This document shows, piece after piece, positions 50,889 through 61,317 of a stretch of DNA of 64,000 nucleotides. The position numbers and the translations under genes were made by a program. The stretch is taken from the NCBI GenBank assembly GCA_037189865.1, contig JBBCIW010000002.1, positions 226,759 through 290,758 on the forward strand. The letters run 5' to 3'. A model generated the notes under the pieces. That model saw only the letters and a list, made by a program, of their open reading frames with translations. It did no database searches and was not told where the DNA came from. The stretch comes from Chthoniobacteraceae bacterium. GTDB lineage: Bacteria > Verrucomicrobiota > Verrucomicrobiia > Chthoniobacterales > Chthoniobacteraceae. Within the stretch, counting starts at the first letter, position 1, and each line of letters opens with the position of its first letter.

Positions 50889-52991
50889 TTAAAAAGCAAA
50901 CCCGACGCTGATATGGAGTGCGCCGAAGGGCTTTTTCTCGCCCTGAATCGGGTTAAACCCGTAATCGACCCGGATCGGCCCGATCGGCAAAGCATAGCGA
51001 AGCCCCGCGCCGACGGCGAAGCCGCTCGTGCCAAAGCCGTTCTCCAGCTTGCGCCCGACGGTTCCAGCGTCAAAGAAGACGGCTCCTTTGAGGTTCCCCC
51101 AGATCGGGAAGACGTTTTCAATATTGAGCGTCGTGAAGGTCTCGCCGCCAACCGAGCGCCCGCCGGAGTCCATCGGCCCCATGCTCCGCTCGACATAGCT
51201 ACGGACGCTGCGGCTGCCGCCATTGAAAAACCGTTCGTCAATCGGCAGGCGTTCATCGCCAATCGGCACGATGATCCCACCGCGCAGCCCGACTGCCAGC
51301 AAGGTCTTGCCTAGTGGCAAGTAATAGGAAACCCGTCCCGTGCTTCGGAAAAAACCAATCGAACTCCCTAGCGCTCCGTGCGCAATATCAACCGAACCGT
51401 TCACGACTAAACCTTTATTGGGATTGAGCGCACTGTCGCGGTAATCAAGGGTGAAGGAAGTTCCAATGCTATTGGCAAAGTACGACGTCGGCCCAAGTTC
51501 CTCGTGATCCATCGTCCCGCTTCTGACTTCCAGCGCCCGCCCGAGAACAAAGGCGGAAACCTCAAGATGCTTACCGAACTTGCGCGAAAGATGCGCCAAC
51601 GCGCCACTCTCCAGCTTGGAATAATCCTTGAAATCCTGATTGAGCGCGTAGAGCCGCAGCCGCAAGTTATAGTCATTGTTCCAGAACCACGGGTCGGTAT
51701 AAAGAATCTCACCGCGCAAGAGATTCTGAGCGATCTCAGCACTGACTGAAAACGGCCGCCCCATACCGAAAAGGTTACGATCGAGGTAACGCGCACCAAG
51801 GATCGCCCCTTCCAGCGAACCATAACCGACGACGAAACCAAGCTCCCGCGCTTTCGCCTCCTCGACCTTGAAATTCAACTGCACCTCATTGCCGGCAATC
51901 GCCTTTTGCCGCATCCGAAGGTTAGTGAAAAGCCCGGTCCCCATCAGCTTGCGGTAGCGTTCGTCGACGATCGTTGGCGTATACGGTTTGCCGCGCAGGT
52001 CACTGAAACGGTTCTCCAAAAAAGAGGGGCGCAGTCGCTTCAATCCTTTCTGAGTGACTCCATCAAAAGTGTGAACCTCCCCGGCATCAATCGTAAAGAC
52101 CACCGGCACGTTCCCATCCACCGCCCGCTCCGGGTAGCCTTCGGAGCTAACTTTAACGCGGAAATAACCGCGCGTGCGGTAGTAATAGTTCACCTTTCGA
52201 TCAAGCGCGATCACCCCTTGCGAAGTGTACGGCTTGGCAAGAAGCGGCTTCAACTCTTCGAGCAGATCCGGCCCCGGGGCTGTTTTGGTTTCAAACGTCA
52301 GCTCGCCAAAACGGTAGGGAATCCCTTCGTGGATATAGAGCACCACATCCGCCCGGGTCCGATCGGGAGAGAGGGTGATCTCCGGTTCATCGACCAGCGC
52401 ATCAAGGTAGCCAAGCGAGGCGTAAAGCCCGCGCACCCGCTCGGCTCCGCTCGTCACCTCCCCTTCGTTAAAGGGCATCACCTTCTCCCCGCTCTGGGGC
52501 GCCTGCTCCGCCGTTCCGGTAAAGTAGGGGAGAAGCTGCTCCGTCGGGATCTGTGCATTGCCCTGCAACGTCACCGTCCCCAAACGGGTCAGCGGCCCTT
52601 CGCTAATAGTCAGGCGCAAACTTTGACTACCCCCGATCACCCATGCCACATCGGCCTGTGAATAGCCAAGCTTGCGATAATGAACCCCGAGGAAAAAGGC
52701 CGCATCATCCGCGAGCGCCGGAGAGATCCCGAGGGTAGCGATCTCCGCCAACTGATCCCCAATGACCTTGCGGATCGCCTCCTCATCCAGATGCCGGTTT
52801 CCTGAAAGTTGCAGGTTCACTTTCCGCGCCGCCTCCGGGGCAGCTTCCGCCAGCGGGGGTGGAGGAGCCGGGAGGGGTTCCACGGCTTCCAGCGCCGCTT
52901 CATCCTCCGCTTCGGGCAGACTCTCCTGCGCCAGAAGCGCGGTGGAGCAAAGAGCGAGCAACAAGGTAAGAGGGAAGCGGGGCAATCTCAT
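50889..52991 (-). CDS. tamA: Omp85-family outer-membrane protein (TamA/BamA-like; POTRA repeats plus a 16-strand barrel)
   Basis: 700 aa. The signal peptide is MRLPRFPLTLLLALCSTALLA. POTRA-like repeats follow, then a C-terminal barrel ending ...ALHISVGFAF (terminal Phe). It has an ATGA overlap with the upstream tamB-like gene. Confidence 0.8.
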   Translation of the reverse strand: MRLPRFPLTLLLALCSTALLAQESLPEAEDEAALEAVEPLPAPPPPLAEAAPEAARKVNLQLSGNRHLDEEAIRKVIGDQLAEIATLGISPALADDAAFFLGVHYRKLGYSQADVAWVIGGSQSLRLTISEGPLTRLGTVTLQGNAQIPTEQLLPYFTGTAEQAPQSGEKVMPFNEGEVTSGAERVRGLYASLGYLDALVDEPEITLSPDRTRADVVLYIHEGIPYRFGELTFETKTAPGPDLLEELKPLLAKPYTSQGVIALDRKVNYYYRTRGYFRVKVSSEGYPERAVDGNVPVVFTIDAGEVHTFDGVTQKGLKRLRPSFLENRFSDLRGKPYTPTIVDERYRKLMGTGLFTNLRMRQKAIAGNEVQLNFKVEEAKARELGFVVGYGSLEGAILGARYLDRNLFGMGRPFSVSAEIAQNLLRGEILYTDPWFWNNDYNLRLRLYALNQDFKDYSKLESGALAHLSRKFGKHLEVSAFVLGRALEVRSGTMDHEELGPTSYFANSIGTSFTLDYRDSALNPNKGLVVNGSVDIAHGALGSSIGFFRSTGRVSYYLPLGKTLLAVGLRGGIIVPIGDERLPIDERFFNGGSRSVRSYVERSMGPMDSGGRSVGGETFTTLNIENVFPIWGNLKGAVFFDAGTVGRKLENGFGTSGFAVGAGLRYALPIGPIRVDYGFNPIQGEKKPFGALHISVGFAF

Positions 52992-55900
52992 CGGAAACGA
53001 ATCAGGTAACGGACTTCACCACGGACATCCCCCTCCAGGTCAAGCCCCGCGCCGATCTCCACCTGATCGGTCACGCGGAAGGCACCGCCGAGTTGCTGAC
53101 GTCCGGTACGGGGGTCGACGGAACCGGCATCAAACGTAAAGCGATCAGCAAAATCGTTCGGCTTCTCCGCGCTTGCCGGAGGGGGGCTTTTACGCCGGAA
53201 TGCCTTGCGGTAAAGATCCTGCAAGAGCAGGAAAGCGGCACGACTGGCGAGCAGTTCGCTATTGCCCGCAAATTCATCCGAAGTCGCCCCGGTGGCGAGC
53301 AACGTCACAATCTCCTCCTGCGGCAGCGGCGGTTCACTGGTGAAGACCGTTTCCGGGTTCTCAGCCGTTCCATAGATATAGGCATGGATCTGATAATTGC
53401 GCAGGCGCGAGGTGCCATGAATATCAAAGACCGGGTTAAACGGCTCACCCGCCGTGAAATAAACATAGCCATAGTCCACCGCCAGCGAACTAAAGGGGAG
53501 CGAAGCGACAAACTTGCGGATACTCGCCGTCCCCTCCAGCGTCGGGGCGAGCCCCGTGCCGCCAAAGCGTAGATCGGCATGAACCTCGCCGTTGGCCATG
53601 TTGCTGCGGATGATAAACGGCTCAGTTGTCTTGATCGCGATCGCGAACTTCCAGTCGCGGATCGGCGCCGCCGTGATCGAAGGAGCGGTCATCGGCCCCT
53701 GTGCCGTCCGTTGCGGCGCAGGATCACTAGGCAAGCCAATCGGCAAAATCTCAATATCGCGGAAGAACCGGCTGCGGTTGATCCCGACGCTCCCGCTCAC
53801 CTCGGCCTCGCGCAGTGGCCCTTTGATGCGGATATTGGCATCCGCACGCACCGTCAGACTATCGTTACGAGCCAGAAGCGAACCGGTCGATTGAAAGAGG
53901 AGATCCATCTGCGGATTGGCCGGATCAGCCAGCCCGATCTTCCCCGAAAGTCGAAACGGCCCACCCGCCCCCGCCCCTTCAAAGCGGCGAAACGTCAGCG
54001 CATCATCCGCAAACGCGAGATCAGCCCGGAAACCGCTGATCCCCGGCAGGTTGCTGTTAGCAAAACGGATCGCGGGAATGTTCGCCATCAACCCACCTTT
54101 AAAGACCGGCTTCTCCACCGTCCCGCTCACCGAGGCATCGACCCCGATCTCCCCCTCCAGATAACGGATCGCCGGGAAATAGCGCGAGAGAATCGCGGCC
54201 GAAGAGTTCGGAAGGCGCACACTCATACGAACCGGCGTTTGCGGATCGAGCTTCTTCTCCTCGCGCAGTTTTTGCAACGGCAGCGGGAGATCGCCATTGA
54301 AAACCAGCGGTTTCAACCCCGGCACAGCGACGTTCCCTTCCAGCTTGAGCCGATCTTCATGGAAGCGAAGCGCCGCATCAAAGCTCGACGGAGCCAACCG
54401 CTCCGCCGCCCGCGCCCGCAACTCCCGCCCAGCGAGAGTCAGTGTCGCCTCAGGAGCCTCCACCCGCCCCCCGAGGGTCAGCGAAGCGTCGAGAAACCCG
54501 GTCAACGGCGGCCCCTGCGGCTCCTCGACGGCACGGCGCCGCGCCGTCGGTTTCGCGGAGACCCGCTTCTCAGGCTGGCGAACGGCCTTCCCCTCCACCT
54601 CCTTTTTAGGAGCGATTTTCTGAACTCCCGCAAGCAGCTTTTCCACCGCGACCCGCTCTAACACAAGTTTCCCTTCCAACGCCCCGGCAGCGGGGAGGAT
54701 CGTCTCGGGTTGATCAGGTGTACGCAGATCAAGCGGCACCGCCAGCGACCCGGCGATCACCCCCTCCTTACCGATCCCGATCCGCAAATCATTGAGATAA
54801 AGCCGCTGCTCCCGCAGAAAGAGACTCCCCTGTAACGACCCCTGATCGGCAATCACCCGCAGCGTCGGCACTTCGATCTTCTCCGGCGAATAATTCCCGG
54901 CAATCTCCACCGAAAGCCCGCTCATCTCTGCCACACTCCCGTTCTGAAGCGAAAAGTTGACCTCCCCCTCCTGTCGCAACAGCGTGCGCAACTGCCCGCT
55001 CCCTTTCCAGTTGAGTTGCACGGCCCCGCTCAACGGTCGCCCAAGAAGCGGCGAAAAAATCGAGAGATCCGAGAGCTTCCCGCTCACCTCCCCCTGATAG
55101 GCAAATGGCTCCGCCAGTTCGACCTGCCCCGTCCCGTTGACCTGATCGCCCCCCGGCAGGTCGAGCCGCAGCGTCGTGATCTTCGCCACATTCTCCTCCA
55201 CCGGGACGACGATCTCGAAGCGCTCCGCCTTAAATTCGCGAAACCCGAGTTGCGTCGCCTCCAGACGACTCTCCCCCCGAATCGTCTCCCCCGCCTTCTT
55301 TTCAAAACGTCCGCTTGCCGAAACGACCCCTCGCACGACCCCTTCCCCCTCTGGCTCGGCCTGCATCGCCGCCAGCGATGGGATCTTCACCTCGAACCCA
55401 GCCTCCCCGGCGAGCGCATCAACCGTGAACGCCCCTTGCGGCAGCTTCATAGCGGCGTGGAGCGTCGCCTCATTCTCCCCTTGTTCGATCGTCGCACGGC
55501 TGACCTTGAGTTCCCCCTCCTCCATCCGCGCCTCGACACGGCTGCGGTCGATCTTCCACGGCCCGACGCTGATCCCCGAAAGCGCCGTCTTCGTCTCCAT
55601 CACCATCCCCCGGAACCACGGGCTCCCCTCAGGCCGCTCCTCCAGACGATATTTGAGCACGAACTCCGACTCCCCCTTCTCCACGCCGTAGCTCTGCTCC
55701 CCCGCCTTGGCGGCGAGCCGTTCCAGCGTCCCTTTGACCGTCAACCGGGCAAGCTGGTCATCAATAGTAAAAACCCCCTCCCCTTCGAGTTCCCCGCCGG
55801 TAAACGCAGGGTAAAACCGCCTCGGCTCCGGGATTTCAAACTCCAGCTTGGCCTCGAAACCATCGGTGAAAAGATCCGCTGAACTCTCTGGCAACTGGTA

Positions 55901-57016
55901 TTCACTGGCGAGGGCGAGCCGGTTGGCCCCGGTGGTGATCTCCGTGCGGTGCAACTGCGCCACGCCGTTATGAATCGAAACCGCCGCGCGGAGATCGCCG
56001 ACATCCACCCGGCTCATCACCCCGCCGGTGAGCACCAGCGTCGCATCCCCCCGCCACGTCTGCGGGAGATCGGGCGAGCCGCCGACCTGCACCCACGCCG
56101 CTTCGACCACCCCTTCCATCTCCGGTTTAAGCTGCAAAAAATCGCGCAACTTGCCGATTGGCAATCCGCGCACCGCCGCCGTCACCTGCGCGTAATCTTC
56201 CTCCTCGCTCTGCTGCCGCCAGAGGAAGAAGGCGACCTCCCCATCGAGCACCGTCCCCCGAAACGAGAGATAATGCACCCCCTCCGCCCGCCGCGAACTA
56301 TCGAGCACCACCTGCGAAACGTTTACATCATCGCCAAGGCGCAACCCGCTCACCGCAAGATGCCGGTCGCGGTAGGTTGTCTTCGCATCAATCCCGCTCC
56401 ATGAGCCGTACTTAGGAACACTGACCTCATCCGCCTGCAACACCCCTTCCTCGCTCGGATGGAGCGTCACCGTCGCATTGCGGACCACGAGGTTCCCTTC
56501 GGGCTGCTGGACAACAAGGTTGATCCGCTTCGCCGCGACGTTATCGGTAAAGAGCGCCGGTTGCTCCAGAATGTTGCGCAGAAGATTGGCAAACTTCACC
56601 TTCTGCGTCTGCGTCGCCTTCACCGGGGAGACCTCCATATCGACATCTTCGACCCGATAGCTGGAGATGAGGTTGCTCTTCCCCTCGCGGATCAGGTCCC
56701 AGATATTATAATGGACATCAAAGTAGCCGACCTTCGCGAAATCGAGGGGAGAAGGGCCGGTCGCCCGCGCCTCAAGATTGCGGATCGAAAAATGGGTGAA
56801 AAAATCGCCGTCGAGTTCCAGCGTCAGGTCGAGATTCTCCGTCGCCGCCAACCCGATTGCCGCCTCGCGCAAGACATAACGCAGAATCGGCCGATAAAAC
56901 GCCATCCCGACAAGGACAAGCACGAGGAAGAGCGCCGTCGCCATCCGCAACCACCAACGCCACCCCCGCCTTTTGCGAGGTGTTTCGGGCTGGGGGGCTT
57001 GATCCTCTTCGCTCAT
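52988..57016 (-). CDS. tamB: Translocation and assembly module protein TamB (DUF490 family)
   Basis: The track ORF 52988..57118 is trimmed to ATG 57016 (MSEEDQAP...), which gives an N-terminal anchor WRWWLRMATALFLVLVLVGMAFY. It is a very long beta-rich protein. The C-terminal DUF490-like region ends ...GEVRYLIRFR. Confidence 0.82.
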   Translation of the reverse strand: MSEEDQAPQPETPRKRRGWRWWLRMATALFLVLVLVGMAFYRPILRYVLREAAIGLAATENLDLTLELDGDFFTHFSIRNLEARATGPSPLDFAKVGYFDVHYNIWDLIREGKSNLISSYRVEDVDMEVSPVKATQTQKVKFANLLRNILEQPALFTDNVAAKRINLVVQQPEGNLVVRNATVTLHPSEEGVLQADEVSVPKYGSWSGIDAKTTYRDRHLAVSGLRLGDDVNVSQVVLDSSRRAEGVHYLSFRGTVLDGEVAFFLWRQQSEEEDYAQVTAAVRGLPIGKLRDFLQLKPEMEGVVEAAWVQVGGSPDLPQTWRGDATLVLTGGVMSRVDVGDLRAAVSIHNGVAQLHRTEITTGANRLALASEYQLPESSADLFTDGFEAKLEFEIPEPRRFYPAFTGGELEGEGVFTIDDQLARLTVKGTLERLAAKAGEQSYGVEKGESEFVLKYRLEERPEGSPWFRGMVMETKTALSGISVGPWKIDRSRVEARMEEGELKVSRATIEQGENEATLHAAMKLPQGAFTVDALAGEAGFEVKIPSLAAMQAEPEGEGVVRGVVSASGRFEKKAGETIRGESRLEATQLGFREFKAERFEIVVPVEENVAKITTLRLDLPGGDQVNGTGQVELAEPFAYQGEVSGKLSDLSIFSPLLGRPLSGAVQLNWKGSGQLRTLLRQEGEVNFSLQNGSVAEMSGLSVEIAGNYSPEKIEVPTLRVIADQGSLQGSLFLREQRLYLNDLRIGIGKEGVIAGSLAVPLDLRTPDQPETILPAAGALEGKLVLERVAVEKLLAGVQKIAPKKEVEGKAVRQPEKRVSAKPTARRRAVEEPQGPPLTGFLDASLTLGGRVEAPEATLTLAGRELRARAAERLAPSSFDAALRFHEDRLKLEGNVAVPGLKPLVFNGDLPLPLQKLREEKKLDPQTPVRMSVRLPNSSAAILSRYFPAIRYLEGEIGVDASVSGTVEKPVFKGGLMANIPAIRFANSNLPGISGFRADLAFADDALTFRRFEGAGAGGPFRLSGKIGLADPANPQMDLLFQSTGSLLARNDSLTVRADANIRIKGPLREAEVSGSVGINRSRFFRDIEILPIGLPSDPAPQRTAQGPMTAPSITAAPIRDWKFAIAIKTTEPFIIRSNMANGEVHADLRFGGTGLAPTLEGTASIRKFVASLPFSSLAVDYGYVYFTAGEPFNPVFDIHGTSRLRNYQIHAYIYGTAENPETVFTSEPPLPQEEIVTLLATGATSDEFAGNSELLASRAAFLLLQDLYRKAFRRKSPPPASAEKPNDFADRFTFDAGSVDPRTGRQQLGGAFRVTDQVEIGAGLDLEGDVRGEVRYLIRFR

Positions 57017-57174
57017 AAAGTGGTGACAAGATGGTGTTATCGTCGCTTCCTCGGGTGAGGGCAAGCGCAGAGCGTTCCCCTCCCTCAGCGGAATCGGATG
57101 CTCCCCCCGCTTTGGCACCCTTTTTGAAAACCGCTCGCCTCACGCCCGATTTCGTTTTTTAATCACAACGCATC

Positions 57175-58071
57175 ATGGCGAACCGACCTGAACACGCCTT
57201 CAAGCAAGCTCTTCTCTACCTCTGGCGGGTGCTCAAACGCACGGTCATGAAGTACATCGACACCGATGGAGAGCTTCGCGCCGCCGCGTTTACCTACTAC
57301 GCTTTTTTCGCCCTCTTCCCGCTGATGCTGCTCTTTGTCTCCATCGGCTCATGGTTCCTTCAGGGCAACGAGGAGGAGGCGACCCAGTCGATCCTCTCGG
57401 TCGTTGAGCACTACATCCCCATGGAGACCAACGGGGAGAATCTGATCGCCTCGACCATCAAAGGGGTCGTCGAATCGCGGCGCACGGCGGGTCTCGTCGC
57501 CTTTCTGGCGCTGACGTGGAGCGCGCTCCGCTTCTTTCAGGCACTCGTACAGGGGGTCAACGAAGCGTGGGGGCAGGAGGCTTACTCATGGTGGCGGCTC
57601 CCGCTGGCCAATCTCGGCATGGTCGCGATTACGGCGAGCACGCTCCTGCTCGGCGTCATCGCCCCGGTCGTCATGAAAGCAATCGAGACCTACTGGCGCC
57701 ACCTTGGCGTCTACGGGTACGACCTGCTCGCCTACTCCTTCTCCCTCGGGCGGTTGATCCTCCCCTCGCTGATCCTCTTCTACGGTCTGCTGATGTTTTA
57801 CAAATATGCACCACGCCGTAAAACAAAGTTTCGCGAAGTGGTGGCAGCGGCGCTGGTCGTCACCATCGGCCTCCAACTCCTCTCCAAAGGGTTTGTGATC
57901 TACGCCGATAACTTCGGGCGCTTCAACCGCCTCTACGGGACGTTGAGCGGCGTGGTCGCCGTGCTAATGTGGATCTACCTTTCCGGCTCGATGCTGATCT
58001 TTGGCGGGTGCCTCTCCGCCGCGCAGTCCGAGGAAGCGGGAGAAGGAAAGATTGACGATCCCGCCAAATAA
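57175..58071 (+). CDS. YihY/BrkB-family inner-membrane protein
   Basis: 298 aa with six hydrophobic segments. The N-terminal pattern is RAAAFTYYAFFALFPLMLLFV, and YGTLSGVVAVLMWIYLSGSMLIFG lies near the C-terminus. Both are typical of the family. Confidence 0.82.
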   Translation: MANRPEHAFKQALLYLWRVLKRTVMKYIDTDGELRAAAFTYYAFFALFPLMLLFVSIGSWFLQGNEEEATQSILSVVEHYIPMETNGENLIASTIKGVVESRRTAGLVAFLALTWSALRFFQALVQGVNEAWGQEAYSWWRLPLANLGMVAITASTLLLGVIAPVVMKAIETYWRHLGVYGYDLLAYSFSLGRLILPSLILFYGLLMFYKYAPRRKTKFREVVAAALVVTIGLQLLSKGFVIYADNFGRFNRLYGTLSGVVAVLMWIYLSGSMLIFGGCLSAAQSEEAGEGKIDDPAK

Positions 58072-58095
58072 CCCCAGAACCTTTTGATCAAAGCC

Positions 58096-59196
58096 ATGAC
58101 ACGCCAACGCTGGTTGCTCCTGCTCGCCCTTGCCCTCGGCTGGGTCTTCGCCCTCTCCTCCGCCGCCTTTGCCCAAAGCGCGGAGGCGACACCGAAAAAT
58201 ATCATCTACCTCATTGGCGATGGCATGGGAGTGGGGCACATCACCGCCGCCGCTACCGTGCACGGCGCTCCGCTGGCGATGGAGCAATGCAGCATCGCCG
58301 GGTTGGCCAAAACCTCTGCTGCCAACGCCTTCGTCACCGACTCCGCCGCTGCCGGGACGGCGCTCGCCACCGGTTATAAAACCAACAACGGCGTGCTCGG
58401 CCTCACCCCGGAAGGGCGCAAGGTCCCCTCAATCCTCTCCTACGCCAAGAGCGCCGGCAAGGCGACCGGGATCGTCGTCTCTTGCTCGGTGACGCACGCC
58501 ACCCCGGCAGCGTTTGTCGCTCATCAGAAATCACGCAAAATGCAGGAGGAGGTCGCCGCCGATTACCTCACCGCCCTGCCCGACGTCTTTATCGGCGGGG
58601 GGCGCAAGTACTTTGAGGAACGCTCCGATGGGAAGAACCTCTCCGATGCCTTGCGCAAGGAGGGGTATCGCGTCGCCTACTCCCTTAACGAAGTGATCGA
58701 AACACGCGAAGGCCGCCTCGCCGCTCTCCTCGCCCCCGATCACCCTCCCCGCGTGAGCAAAGGGCGTGAGGGGATGCTGGAACGCTCCGTGGAGAGCGCC
58801 TTGAGCCTCCTTTCGCAAAACCGCAACGGCTTCGTCCTGATGGTCGAAGGGTCGCAGATCGACTGGGGTGGTCACGCCAATGACCTCGATTTCATCGTCG
58901 AGGAGACGCTCGACTTCGACCGCGCCGTCGCCGCCGCCCTCAAGTTCGCCGCCAAACATGGCGACACCCTCGTCGTCGTCACAGCCGATCACGAAACCGG
59001 TGGCCTGCAAGTGATCGACGGCAGCCTCGCCGAAAAACGGGTCACCCCCGGCTGGGGCACCAAGAACCACTCCGCCGTCATGGTCCCGGTACTGGCGGAA
59101 GGGCCGGGAGCCACCCGCTTTGGGGGCGTCTATGAGAACACGGAAATCTTTCACCGCATGATGGCGCTCCTTGGTCTTAAAGAAGAGAAACCGTGA
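58096..59196 (+). CDS. Alkaline phosphatase (PhoA family), secreted
   Basis: The track start is TTG 58084. I prefer ATG 58096, giving the signal peptide MTRQRWLLLLALALGWVFALSSAAFA. Motifs are NIIYLIGDGMG, VTDSAAAGTALATGYKT (active-site Ser), MVEGSQIDWGGHAN and TADHETGG. Confidence 0.88.
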   Translation: MTRQRWLLLLALALGWVFALSSAAFAQSAEATPKNIIYLIGDGMGVGHITAAATVHGAPLAMEQCSIAGLAKTSAANAFVTDSAAAGTALATGYKTNNGVLGLTPEGRKVPSILSYAKSAGKATGIVVSCSVTHATPAAFVAHQKSRKMQEEVAADYLTALPDVFIGGGRKYFEERSDGKNLSDALRKEGYRVAYSLNEVIETREGRLAALLAPDHPPRVSKGREGMLERSVESALSLLSQNRNGFVLMVEGSQIDWGGHANDLDFIVEETLDFDRAVAAALKFAAKHGDTLVVVTADHETGGLQVIDGSLAEKRVTPGWGTKNHSAVMVPVLAEGPGATRFGGVYENTEIFHRMMALLGLKEEKP

Positions 59197-60764
59197 AACA
59201 CCCACTCCCCCCACTGTTGGTCACAGCAGCGCTCCTCCTCACCGGAGCGCCGCTCCGAGCCGAACTCTCCCTCCCTTCGCATTTCTCCCATCACGCCGTC
59301 TTCCAGCGCTCGCCCACCACGGCAATCTGGGGCAAAGGGACGCCGGGCGAGAAAATCAGCATCACCCTCGGCTCCGCTCAAGCAGAGGCCACCGTCGACG
59401 AACACGGGCAATGGCGCACCTCGCTCAACCTGAACGAAGCGGAGGCCGGACCTCATACCTTGCTGGTCAAAGGGGAGAAAAAGAGCTTCACCGCCAGCAA
59501 CATCCTAATCGGTGATGTTTGGCTCGCCTCAGGACAATCGAACATGGCCTTCCAGATCAAAGCCGGGAGCGATGCCGAAAGCCCCGAGGCCCAGCTCGAA
59601 ATCCCGACCCTGCGCGAATTCCGCCCCCGGGTGCAGGCCGGGCCGGAGCCAATGGACGACATGGAAGGACGCTGGATGGTCGCCAAACCGCCCTCCAACG
59701 GCAATTTCAGCGGTGTCGCCTACTTCTTTGGCAAACGGCTGACCGAGACGCTCAAAATCCCCATCGGGATCATCAACAACTCGTGGAGCAACACGCCGAT
59801 TGAACCGTGGATCGCCCGGCAGACCCTCGAAACCGACCCAATCCTCGGGGAAGATGCCGCCAAAGCCCGCGAATTCTTTGAGCAACAACCCAAAGACCAG
59901 ACGCCACCCCCGTTACAGGCCCGACACGTCCCCGGCTGGATTCACAACGGCATGGTCGCCCCGCTGGTCGGCACCACGCTACGCGGTTTCATCTGGTATC
60001 AGGGGGAATCGAACGCCAACCGCGCCGCGCTCTACCGCAAAACCTTCCCGCTTCTCATCCAGAGTTGGCGTACCGAATGGGGTCAGGGCGATCTCCCGTT
60101 CTACTTCTGCCAACTCGCCGCCTACACCGCTAAAATCGACGACCCCAACAAAGCAAGCCCGTGGGCCGAACTGCGCGAGGCGCAAGCCCAAACGCTGGCC
60201 CTCCCGCAGACCGGCATGGCCGTCCTGCTCGACGCCGGGGAGGAACTCGACATCCACCCGCGTGACAAACGGACCCCGGGAGAACGTCTCGCCGCTCTCG
60301 CCCTACGCGATACCTACGGGAAGACTCTCCCCGCCGAAGGGCCGCGCCTGCTCAAAGCCGAAGTGCAAGGGAGTGAGATGATCCTCCAATTCAGCACCGG
60401 AGAGGGAGGCGCACTCGTCGCCCAACCGCTCCCGGAGAGCTACCGCAAAAAGTCGCTCGATGAAGAGAGCGTCCCGCTCGTCCTCCCCCGTCCCGGCTCC
60501 GCGTTACAAGGGTTCGCCGTGTGCGGTGCGGATCATCACTTTCACTGGGCTGATGCCCGGATCGAAGGGGATCGTGTCATCGTCTCCTCCCCGGAAGTGC
60601 CGACCCCCGTCGCTGTCCGTTACGGCTGGGCGAACAACCCGACTTGTAACCTCACCAACGCAGCCGGTTTCCCGGCGGCCCCGTTCCGAACCGACGCCCT
60701 TCCCCTTTCCACGGAGGGAAACCGGCTCGTCCTCCCCAAAATCGCCCCGCCAAAGTCGAATTAA
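59193..60764 (+). CDS. Sialate O-acetylesterase-like (SASA/DUF303, SGNH-type carbohydrate esterase), secreted
   Basis: GTG start overlapping the upstream TGA. It has a signal-like N-terminus. GDVWLASGQSNM (nucleophile Ser block) and GFIWYQGESN are typical of the family. Confidence 0.78.
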   Translation: MKHPLPPLLVTAALLLTGAPLRAELSLPSHFSHHAVFQRSPTTAIWGKGTPGEKISITLGSAQAEATVDEHGQWRTSLNLNEAEAGPHTLLVKGEKKSFTASNILIGDVWLASGQSNMAFQIKAGSDAESPEAQLEIPTLREFRPRVQAGPEPMDDMEGRWMVAKPPSNGNFSGVAYFFGKRLTETLKIPIGIINNSWSNTPIEPWIARQTLETDPILGEDAAKAREFFEQQPKDQTPPPLQARHVPGWIHNGMVAPLVGTTLRGFIWYQGESNANRAALYRKTFPLLIQSWRTEWGQGDLPFYFCQLAAYTAKIDDPNKASPWAELREAQAQTLALPQTGMAVLLDAGEELDIHPRDKRTPGERLAALALRDTYGKTLPAEGPRLLKAEVQGSEMILQFSTGEGGALVAQPLPESYRKKSLDEESVPLVLPRPGSALQGFAVCGADHHFHWADARIEGDRVIVSSPEVPTPVAVRYGWANNPTCNLTNAAGFPAAPFRTDALPLSTEGNRLVLPKIAPPKSN

Positions 60765-60824
60765 CCCCCCGTTCTTTTTGGGTTTGACGCCGGGGCGTTT
60801 CCTTTGGAGACTCCCCCCCTTTCC

Positions 60825-61301
60825 ATGCGTCATACATTATCGGTTCTTGTCGAAAATAAGTTCGGAGTGCTCACCCGCATTGCCGGAATGTTCAGTGGCC
60901 GCGGTTTCAACATTGACACCCTCAACGTAGCCCCGACCCTTGACCCTGAAAAATCGCGGATGACGATCGTCGTCCGTGGCGATGACACCGTATTGGAACA
61001 GGTCATCAAGCAGTTGAACAAGCTCGTCAACGTCCTGACAATCGACGACTTCCGCGACGATGACGCCATCGACCGCGAACTGCTCCTTTTGCGCGTCAAC
61101 GCCGACGCCGGATCGCGTGCCGAAATCATGCAGATCTGTAACATCTTCCGCGCCAGAATCATCGACGTGCAACACAAGAACGTTGCCATCGAAATCACCG
61201 GCGACGAAAGCAAACTGGAGAAATTCCTCTTTTTGATGGAGCCCTTCGGCGTCACTGATCTGACCCGCACCGGCAAAATCGCCCTCGCCCGCCGCCAGTA
61301 A
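60825..61301 (+). CDS. ilvN: Acetolactate synthase small (regulatory) subunit
   Basis: The start is set at ATG 60825. [38 protein letters not shown] is the classic ACT-domain N-terminus of IlvH/IlvN. Confidence 0.9.
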   Translation: MRHTLSVLVENKFGVLTRIAGMFSGRGFNIDTLNVAPTLDPEKSRMTIVVRGDDTVLEQVIKQLNKLVNVLTIDDFRDDDAIDRELLLLRVNADAGSRAEIMQICNIFRARIIDVQHKNVAIEITGDESKLEKFLFLMEPFGVTDLTRTGKIALARRQ

Positions 61302-61317
61302 CCTTCTACCCTTCTTT

